Part shown: positions 20,121 through 30,010 of the stretch, one piece after another
Layout: the number at the start of each line of letters is the position of its first letter
Position numbering within the stretch: position 1 is the stretch's first letter
DNA from: Trypethelium eluteriae
Lineage: Eukaryota
Assembly (NCBI GenBank): GCA_051942245.1
Contig: JAVECL010000198.1
Coordinates: forward strand, 1 to 36,905
DNA: 36,905 bases
Direction of reading: 5' to 3'
Translations under genes and position numbers: made by a program
The notes under the pieces: model-generated
Seen by the model: the letters and a program-made list of their open reading frames with translations, nothing else
Told to the model about the DNA's origin: nothing
Databases searched by the model: none

Positions 20121-22465
20121 AAGTGAAAAGTATGTGAAAAGCAAATTGATGAACTGGTAGACGAATTCGATGTGGAGGAGAATCTTCCGGGCAAGCGTAT
20201 GGTCTGTCCTCCATACCTGCTTGAAATGGAGGAGGGAGTAGACGGCGGCAAAGAAAGCACCATTCAGCCACCTTCTTCGCTGCGAAATGAATTCCGGCAC
20301 GGCATCTAACCTAGTGTCAGTGGCTCTCCTCCTACACGGTCTATGGAGCATTGGGGCAAACACATACCAGGAACATCGGTCTCTCCCGTTGCACTCTTTA
20401 CATATTTCAGTACCCACCTCTCGTTCCTCTTCGCCACCAGCTCCCAACAAAGAATCCGATCCTCCGCCAAATACATGTTCGCCGTGAACACGTCGGCGTC
20501 ATGACCATGCAACGTCTCACCCTTGAAATACTGGCTCAATGGTCCATGGCCAGTTTCGTCGTTCTGTAGGGCATGATATCGATACGCGCTTAATGCTCCG
20601 GGCAATACCGTAATGTATCCAAACACTGATTCGAGCGGCTTATCCAGAATGTTGGAAATCTTGTACTCGAAATTTTGACCTGCGACCAAGGGGTTTAGAA
20701 GCCCAAGCCAACCTTTGCCTTTGCCGGCTTTGATTTCACCCGCCGCGCCGGCAACATTGGAATCGGTATCGAATGCTTTCCAGAGGTGGTACAGCGACGT
20801 CTTCCCTGGTTTTGTACCGACGTCGAGTAAGATGCATACGTTAGGATTCAGAGCGCGACCGAAGGCGTTGAAGAACCAACGATGCGAATTTAGTTTTTTG
20901 GCATTCTTCTCTTTAAGACAGAAGATCATCTGGCAAGGAACGATGCCCTTTTCTGCACCTTTGAACTTTAGGTCCGCATCGAGGGAGACTTGAGTCGTGT
21001 ATTCATACACGTGAGCAGTCACCTCCCGTTGGTTCACGAGATTTTTGGCGATACCGTCCTGGTACACGCCCATGGCTGCCAAGGCATCAAGCGTCCGTGG
21101 GTGCACTTTCCCACGTCCATCGGAAATGATGCACACGACGATTTTTTGCCATCCATCCTTTCCCCAAGTGCGGGACTTGGCGCGCGAGCAGAAGTGCGTG
21201 ATATTCTGCATAACGGCGTGCATGGTGCGAGTGAAGTCGATTTCGTCTTCATTGTACATCGTCACGCAAATCAGGAGTTCAGTTTCTCGTTCCTGGCTTC
21301 CAAGGTTCTGACGCAATTTATAGCCTCTATCAACAAAATCGTTGGGATCGCATGTCACTGCCGTGTAGCGCATATGCGTGAATTCAATATCGTCGCGACG
21401 AGGGAGGAACGAATAGAGTATTGTTGGGATCTTGCACTCCAAGATGAGTTCGCCGTTGATCAGCTTGACTTCTTTCTTGGCCATTTGCGCTTGTCTAGCT
21501 CCTCTTCGTCGCTGTTGTGCACCCATCGGCGCGGGACCCATGAACTGCTCTTTCATGCTGTACTCATCCGTGAATGTGGATTCAGACATGAAGGACTCTC
21601 GACTATTGAGCTCAGGTCGAGAGTCCGTGTTATCATTCGGCCCAAATACATCGTCGTTTTCGTCGTCGATTGGAATTGTTGTCACTTCAGCCGGATCTTT
21701 CGCTGAGTCTCTCGATACTGGTCTCCCGCCTGCAAACAGCGGTGCAGGCGGAAGAGGTCGCTTTGGGCTGCCACCGTACTGTGAAGATGGTGTCCCGGGT
21801 CTTGGGCTGCCATTCAAATCTGCAGGCTCGTATGACATGGTAGACGCCGGAGGTCTGCTATAACTGCCATTTCCGGAAGGAGTCCAGGGCCTGGTTGGAG
21901 AGGTTCGACCAGGAGACGAAGGGCGATATGGTGCATATGATGGTATATCGCTTGCTGGAGGCGGCATGTTTGGAGCATCATCTATGACTGAAGGTTGTCT
22001 TGACAGCGGTAGTGAAGTTGTAGAAGGATGGTATGATCGTTGCAACGGACTTGGACTGGTGGACCTGGGCGCGCTTTCTGCGACATCCCCTTTACGCTTG
22101 AATCGGACATTGAACCTTTTCTTGCTGCTGGGGGCCTTGTTGTCGCTCGAAAGGGTCGTCTCTGCTTCATGCAGAAAATCTTCAAGCCCAGATGCTTGTG
22201 TCGTCGGCACATTCCGCAATGAAGACCCACCAGGACTTGTCGCATAGGAAGATGGTTGACTGCTTTGTTATTTAGCTCATAAAGTACAGAAAATATATGC
22301 TGATGTGACTAACGGTCTATACTGGTTGTCATCCTGAGGGGTCAACAAGCGCATTGTCGCGCCATGCTGCGGCGTTGTCTCTGCCTCACTAGGAGCATAC
22401 GCAGGCGGCGCCTGGTCTTCAGGTACAGCCTGCTGACTTGTACGATATCTCAAAGGAGTCGGCAT
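19005..22465 (-). CDS. chs2: Chitin synthase, division 1, class II-type
   Basis: Exons 22465-22314, 22259-20368, 20305-20121, 20069-19005. Motifs [99 protein letters not shown]; no myosin motor domain. Class call rests on recalled class II N-terminal sequence, and gene numbering differs between species. Confidence 0.93.
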
Positions 22466-23362
22466 TGTTTTTGTTTGATGCCCACGGTCTGCTGGACAAC
22501 GGGTGGAATGTGGATGTTCAGTAGGAACGAGTACCCATGCGAATGGGAAAGAACGAGCAATAGGACGTACAAAAGCTTGTACTAGTGTGAGGGAAAGGCA
22601 AAACCAGTCTCGGCTCGAGAGTATGCATAGAAATTAAATTGGAATGTTAGGCTGGAGATCTTGCTTCTGGTTCGCGAATCCGGTCGGCGATGTTATCGCT
22701 CTGAGTCAAATCGGTTTAGTGCGGTCGACCAAGCAACGACGGGCCTGGCGGGAACATCGGCCATCGAGTTGACCGAAAATCATATTGCGCACAGCGGAGC
22801 ACGGAGTCTGCGTAGAAAAGATTCGCCAAGCTTTATGCAATTAATACCAAGCTCTTTGAAAATACGTATTGCCTCATGAGTCTGCACAGCTTTCACCCTT
22901 TTGTCGCTGAAGTTTGGATGTCTACTACTGTCAATGAGACGGAACCCAAAGAATTCGTAACTCAGTATTGAGCATGTACCAGATAGTATTATTAATCTGA
23001 ATTTCCCAGCTCTTCAAGACTAGTTTACAGATCTCAATATCTAGCTATTACAGTGAAGGCACAACTGTTTGCTCGTCCTGTCCATAATTGAAATAATCAC
23101 ATCGATTCTGTCCTCCAATTAGCCTCAAGGCTGGCATGACACAAGACGCCCTCAGTGTCCTGACCATGACCCAAGAAAACACTGAAAGGCTTCTTGGTAC
23201 ATCTATATACACGAATGATTACGGTGACATACTCCGCAATGCTATGATCAACCTGCTTCTTCCAAATGTATTCAATACCAAAAGCGCCATACTCCCAAAA
23301 ATGCACCAATACGAAGTCTCTTTCAATAGATATGAAGCGTGTCCAGCCTCACTAGAAGCCCA

Positions 23363-24293
23363 TTAGAAGCAAAAATACAAGACACTGCCTAGTCCGGTCA
23401 AGCCAACGCCAAACCACCACCACTTATCTGCATCTACGAGAGCGATCTCTTTGCGCTGGATGATGTCCTGTACGCCTTCAATCTCAAAGTCTTCGCCAAG
23501 CCATCTCTTTAATTTTGAGCTCGAGGAAGACGTTGCTGTGGAACTGGCACCCGAACTTGTAGCATTCGTTGTTGGATTGAGAGTGGTCGTGGGAAGCATC
23601 TGGGGTGGGCTGTAGGCAAGGTACATTGGTGGCATAGGCGACCCGTCGAACTCGTACAGATTCAAGCGTGGGATGTTGTGGTAGGGGTCTGTAAGTACTT
23701 GATACTCCTGCAAGTGCTGTTAGTAATATGCTTATTTTTTCGAGTATCCCATCCAGGGATGTATGCTATCTTTTGAAATATCGCCAATAACCTTGATAGC
23801 GCAAGCCGAAGACTAACCTTTAACATTTCAGTTTGATTGTATCGTGTATAGATGGCATTGGCACTGTTGCATGGTTCAGATAACAGCTGCCGGCCGTCCA
23901 CAGAGATTGGTGTGAGGAGTAACGAGCCGTTCGCAGCTTTCACGTATGTGCCATGTTGCCATTGCATGATACCTGCCGGACAGGCGGGATTGCTGGCTGC
24001 AGATTGATAAGTTACATTGAGTCTTTGATGAATGTCGATGAGATGAACTTACGATTGGCGATTGCGCGGTAGTATGCTTCCTCATAGTGACCGTCTAATG
24101 TGAACGAGTACGATATCCCTGTCCGACTTGGTTCAATCAACTGATCCGCGACCGGATTGTAGAAGCCAGGTCCCGTCAATGTCTTGTTTGATTTGGTGCT
24201 CCATGTTCCGACGAGATCCACTGCGCCTTGAGCGTCGGCGAGAGAAAGGTAGGTGAGACCGGAGATGAGAATGGACCTGATCGAGGGGGTCAT
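23363..24293 (-). CDS. rot1: ER chaperone Rot1
   Basis: Exons 24293-24053, 23996-23818, 23707-23363. Signal peptide, LVGTWSTKSNKTLTGPGFYNP, GISYSFTLDGHYEEAYYRA, MQWQHGTY, DGRQLLSEPC, LYEFDGSPMPPMYLAYSPPQMLPT, C-terminal TM WWWFGVGLTGLGSVLYFCF*. Confidence 0.93.
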
Positions 24294-24751
24294 GATTCGC
24301 TAAAGGGTGCCCCCGAAGGGCTGTCAAGATCGATCTCCCGCTGTAAGATGCGCCCAGATCGAGGTATGCTCTGGACGTAGTAGGCGTGCTGTCAGACGGT
24401 GTAACTTCGTGCGGGAGGGTGTTGGTCGCTGTAATAGGTAGGTTGCCTGAAAGGGAGGAGGGAGCGGAGAGACTGAAGGTTCAAAGGAGAAGTCGGCGAT
24501 CCCGCTGCGCCACACCTCCGTAAGGGTAAGGAACTGTGGCGGCATTGGCGGCGAAATGCGGCCCGGCAGATTCTCCCGAGACCATCGTACCTCCGTAGAA
24601 AGTCCATCATTACCTACCATGCGACTCTGGCCTTATAAATGCATTGGTTTGGTTAGACAGTGTATTTCGAAAGCACACGCCTCTGTTACTCCAGCTGCGT
24701 GGACAAGGCTGCATTCATTGTGTGTATAGAAGGGAGAGCGACTGATACAAA

Positions 24752-25584
24752 ATGGCGGCATTAAGATCTATGAAAAAAGAGGTTCGCCAGAATATTAATG
24801 CTATCCTGGCGAATCTCTCTTCTGAAGACGTTGCCAATCAGTGTAACTTCATTGCTCATGATGTCAAAATAAGTTGCTGATCTCATTTCAGCAAGGAATG
24901 CAGTGACAGGGCTCCTGTCCATGCCGGAATATAGGGCGGCAAAGAGGATTAGCGTTTATTTATCCATGCCAACCCGAGAGATTGAAACTCGGCTTGTAGT
25001 CCATGATGCATTCAATCTTGGCAAACGCGTCTTCGTGCCTTACATTCACAAGCAATCAAGCCCAGCAGAAGGTCAGCCCAAGTCCATCATAGATATGCTA
25101 GAACTACGGTCTGCGGAAGAGTACGAATCACTGGGTCGAGATGGTTGGGGAATTCCAACACTTCCAATGGATAGCGTCACGTCGAGACCGAATTGCTTTG
25201 GGGGTGAAGGTCTCTCGGAAGGCAGCAGTGTTGGGATGGGTGAAAACGATGGTCTGGACTTAATAGTGATGCCCGGTTCAGTATTTGACATGCACATGGG
25301 ACGAGTAGGGCATGGAAAGGGATTTTATGATTTCTTCTTGCAACGGTACAAGGAGAACGATGATCGTGGCCCAAGGAACGGGATGCCCTTTCTTGGTGGG
25401 TGAGACTCGAGTTCTTCGTACATTGCCTGTTGCTAACAACGCAGCAGTGGGCTTTGCGCTGAATGAACAGATCTTGTCCAGCGATCAGACCGTTCCGAGA
25501 AACGCATCAGATTGGCAGTTGGATGCCCTGCTATCTGGACATGGTAGACTTCTTCGCGGATCTCAATCCACCGAAATTCCATGA
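24752..25584 (+). CDS. fau1: 5-formyltetrahydrofolate cyclo-ligase (MTHFS)
   Basis: Exons 24752-24842, 24892-25395, 25448-25584. Motifs KKEVRQ, ISVYLSMPTREIET, GKRVFVPY, WGIP, LDLIVMPGSVFD, RVGHGKGFYD, DWQLD. Confidence 0.9.
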
Positions 25585-25709
25585 GACCGTTTGAATCGTA
25601 TTTCTTGTGTCCTCCCCAGTTCCGTGAATGATGATTGAGGTTCAGGCCCGAGTCGCTCCCCTCGATATGCTGACTATCCGAGCCTAGTTGTTGTCCACCA
25701 CAGTAAATG

Positions 25710-26104
25710 CTAAATATCTAAACTCTGAATGAGAGCCACGTTGTCGCCTTTGAGCAGGATTTGTCCTTTCACCGGATTAGTTGGAACCGAAGCAGCCATT
25801 TTTGAAAAAGCTCACCCAGCGGCCTCCTGGTCTCTTGTGAGTCGCCCTTAATCGCTTGTTTCACCTCGAAAGCGTCGTCAATGACCAGGTTCATAAACTC
25901 GTCAAATCCCTGGACAGAAGCCTAGTTAGCGGATGAGCAGGCCTGAGCAGAGAGCGTCCTTACCCTCATCTTGCCCTCAATGCGGATGCCAAGCTGCTCG
26001 TATAACCAGATTTTGACGTTCGCATGAGATTGTAGGAGCTTGAAAATAAAATTGATGGGAGGGAGCAGAACTCTGCGCCCCCCACCTCCGCCTCTGCCAG
26101 TCAT
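25710..26104 (-). CDS. sme1: Small nuclear ribonucleoprotein Sm E
   Basis: Exons 26104-25964, 25909-25816, 25765-25710. Translation MTGRGGGGGRRVLLPPINFIFKLLQ...[32 protein letters not shown]...RRPLGQILLKGDNVALIQSLDI* (Sm1/Sm2 motifs). Confidence 0.95.
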
Positions 26105-26468
26105 TCTTAACAAGGCTCGAAAGAGGAGTGATCAAGCAAGGTCTTTTCCTCTGGTTTCCAGATCCGCGCGCAAGCTCTGTTCGGGGAGGCCGCGGGTTGT
26201 GTTGCACGCGTTGGCCCGATGAAATTTGGACGCAGGCACTGCAGGGAATAAGGTGTGGTCAAAGCTTGGCGGCGGCCTGGCGGCGTCATTCGACCATTCT
26301 TTGAACACTTCCACCTTCCAAGACAATCCAAATTCACACCCCACTTACTGATTCGACCACGCGCGCTTCAAGTCGTCTCCACTACAGATGCAGGCACATC
26401 GAACTTCTCTTCCCAGTCTTCGTTGATTATAAGTCCAGCACCTTCTGCGCGCTCGCGTTTCGTCAATT

Positions 26469-29400
26469 ATGGGCAGCAACGGGCATACCGAGGCCTTCGC
26501 GCCGGTTCTGGCGGCCTTGACGACAATGCAATCCAATGTGGATCGCGCGCAGAAAGGTAAAGCTCACGAATACCTTGAGAACTTTCAGAAATCTGTATGC
26601 AACTACTTTATGGCACGGCGCATCTCCGAGTCTGGGCTAATGTGAGACTTCTAGACCGATGCATGGACGACGACCTTTTCAATATTACACTCGACCGATG
26701 CTCCTGTAGAAGCAAAGCTTTTTGCTGCTACAACTCTCAAAGGAAAGGTCTGAAAGTCGAAACTCCCGTATTGTGGATATTTTGTGTTAATTCTAATAGA
26801 TTATCTTTGATTTGCATCAACTCCCTAGCGAAACTATAGCGCGGCTGCGTGACTCTCTTCTATCCCTCCTCTCGCAGTATCGAGCAGGACCGAAACCTAT
26901 CCGTACACAGCTTTGCGTCTGCTTAGCAAATCTGGCAATTCAGATGACGGAATGGAAAAATGTGCTACAACTCGTCGTGTCCACTCTGGGAACTGACTCT
27001 CAAAGCATTGCATCCGTTTTGGAGTTTCTCCATGTTCTGCCAGAAGAGGTCACGGAAGGCCGCAAGATCAACCTCACTGTATGTTCTCTCGATCCACATC
27101 ATCAGAGGCATTCTAATCTTTGAACTATAGGAAGACGAGCTGGTTTCAAGAACCCAGGAGCTACTTGAGGAGAACGCCGATCAAGTTGTGAGCCTCTTGA
27201 CGCAATACTCACAATCGTCTGGTATGTGTACTCTCTGACGCGCTATGTTGCTCTCCCACGCTAATTGGATATACAGCAACTGCGGCAAAGGATCCCCAAC
27301 TCCTTGAATGTATAACGTCGTGGTTAAAAGAAGTCCCCTTGAATGATATCGTCAATGGACTGCTCCTCAATACCATCATAGATTCTCTCTCCGAAGATGG
27401 TCCATTCGAATGCGGAGTCGACTGCCTATGTGCCATGTTCAGGGAGACTCGAGAGGTCGACGAGTGCTTGAGTGTGATTCAGACGCTCTACCCTCGCATA
27501 GTGTCTCTGAAACCTCGATTAGCAGTCGCTGCCGAAGAGGAGGATACTGATACTTTTCGTGGATTGACAAGAATCTTTGCTGAGGCCGGTGAATCATGGG
27601 TAGTCCTTATCGCCCGGATGCCTGAACAGTTTCAAACTCTCGTCGAAGCCATTCTAGAAAGCGCTGCACGAGACAAAGAGCGGGATGCCATTTCTATGAC
27701 CTTCAATTTCTGGTACGAATTCAAGCAATATCTAACCTTGGACAAATACATGCAATCTCGTTTACAGTACGTTGACACGTACTCCAAACTGGTCGACGTC
27801 ATGATGGTTCAACTTGAATACCCTAAACCAGAGAGCGCAAATCAGAAAGACCTTTTCGACGGTGATCGCGATGCGGAAGAGAAGTTCCGATATTTCAGGC
27901 ATCAGATGGGTGATGTGCTAAAAGACTGCACAGAAGTCATTGGTACTACAGAATGCTTAGCAAAGGCATTCAAAGCTCTTGAAAGCTGGTTAAACGCGCA
28001 TGCATCTCAATCAAGTGCAGGACAAATTCCAGAATGGCAGAAACTTGAGGCGGCTCTTTTCAGCTTCCGAGCACTGGGACGAATGATACCACCAGATGAA
28101 CAAATCATTCTGCCGCAGCTAATGCCGCTTATCGTGCAAATTCCAGACCATGAAAAGGTCCGTTTCCAAGCCGTCATGGCACTTGGAAGGTACACGGAAT
28201 GGACTGCGAATCACCCAGAAACTCTCCAACCACAATTCAATTACATCACGACGGCATTCGATCATCGATCTCGGGAAGTCGTCAAGGCTGCAGCATTGTC
28301 GATGAGGTTCTTCTGCCAAGACTGCGCAAGTCTCCTCAAGGACTTCACGGCACAACTACAACAATTCTACGATAACGTCCTTGATCGACTACCTATGCAG
28401 AGCCAAGAAGAGCTGACAGAGGGTATAGCAGCTGTCGTTGCGGCACAGCCCGTGGAACACACATATGAGATTTTGAAGCTTTTCTGCGATCCGTTGATGA
28501 AGCGTTTCATGACCATGGCCCAAAGCGCGACAACAAAGAAGCAGACAGAACTCCTTGCGGACAGTATCCAGCTACTGACAATTTTCATACAATGGGTGCA
28601 AATACAGGTTCCAGAAGGCCAACAACATCCAGCAGTCAAATACTGTCAAGAGATTTTCCCAATATTGTCAACAATCCTAGACAACTTCCCCCAGTCTTCA
28701 CCGATTCAGGAACGAATATGCAGATGTTGGCGCTACATGGTGCTTTCATACAGGACTGCCATAGCTCCATTACTTCCGCAACTCGCAGATAAACTAGCCG
28801 CTGGATTTACCGACTCACGACAAGGCTGCTTTCTCTGGGCTTCCGATGCCATCGTCCGCGAGTTCTCCGAAGACAAAGGACGTATCGACCAAGGCACACT
28901 GGACGCCATCTTCAACTTTTACCAGCAACAGGCCACAACCTTCCTCCGCATCCTCAACGACTTGCCGCCCGAGGAGTTACCCGACAGTAAGTGTGCCCAT
29001 TATTGCACATCCAAAACAATCGTGAAACCAAGCTGACATTTTCACTCCAGTCATCGAAGACTTCTTCCGCCTCGCTCTCGACGTCTTCGACTTCTACCCG
29101 ACCCGTGCTCTCCCCTCCTCACTCACCCCTTCCATCCTCAGCGCCTCCTGCACCGCCCTCACCCTCCTCAGCCAAGAACCCTTAATGGCAACGCTCCACT
29201 TCCTCCGCGACTTCCTCATGTACGGCGGGCCCGACCCACCCGTCTCCACATACCCAGCCTTCGACGAGAACGACAGCACGACCACCTCGGCCGACGGCTC
29301 CTCCCTCCCGCGCTCCAACCCGCCCGAACTCCAACACGCCGTCCGCTCGCTACTGCAATCCAACGGCATCGGCGAGTCGCTTGTCCAGCGCTGCCTCACG

Positions 29401-29712
29401 GGCATGATGTACTCCTTCCCGGCCGGCTGCATCCCCGACGCGTCGGGCGTGCTGCTCGCCCTCTTCCAGATGCTGCCGACCGATAGCGCGGCCTGGACGG
29501 CGGGCACCATCGCACTGCTGCCCCAGGGTAGCGTGTCCGAGCCGGAGCGCGAGCGCCTGTCTCGCAATATCGGACAGCGTATTCAGAGTGGCGAGGTGCG
29601 CAAGGTGAGGACGCTGCTGCAGGATTTCTGTGCGGGCTTTCGGAGGAGGAATGTGGCGCCGAGAGAGGGTTTGGGCAGGTTGGAGGGTGGCAGGTTTCGG
29701 TTTGCTGGGTGA
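26469..29712 (+). CDS. mtr10: Importin-beta family karyopherin Mtr10 (transportin-SR)
   Basis: Exons 26469-26594, 26655-26747, 26800-27078, 27131-27221, 27277-28986, 29051-29712. Motifs AHEYLENFQKS, KLFAATTLKGKI, GPKPIRTQLCVCLANLAIQM, LPEEVTEGRK, FRHQMGDVLKDC, WQKLEA, ALGRYTEWT, RRRNVAPREGLGRL. Confidence 0.92.
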
Positions 29713-30010
29713 GGCGTTCGAGTTTGGGCTCGTAGCAGACGGACGGCATGGTGCTGGGAGTGAAACGGAGTTGCGGGCGATGAATTCGGTGGTGGAGGGA
29801 AGATAGTAATGAGGTGAGTTTGTAGATCTCCTTGGTGTCTGTCTCAGCGTGAACTAGTGAAGGCAGTGCACTTAGGCGAAGGTGGGTCGAATCTTTAGAG
29901 AGCACGGAGTCTGAAGGGGTGGTGATAATAGGTTCATGACTAGTTGCAGTTAATGGGTATGTGGCAGCGACGAGGGACCAGGACGAAATATAGGATGAAG
30001 GGCATGGTGA
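28880..30010. other. C-rich to G-rich skew-switch island 4 (mtr10 3' region and 3' UTR)
   Basis: 29101-29160: 35 C / 6 G; 29641-29700: 7 C / 32 G; G/T-richness continues past the stop codon. Confidence 0.8.

Noticed and set aside
18715..20271. Overlapping ORFs 18715-19290 (+) and 19420-20271 (-, His/Pro/Arg-rich)
   Set aside because: By-products of the C/G-skewed chitin synthase last exon, which suppresses stop codons in alternative frames; no recognisable domains.
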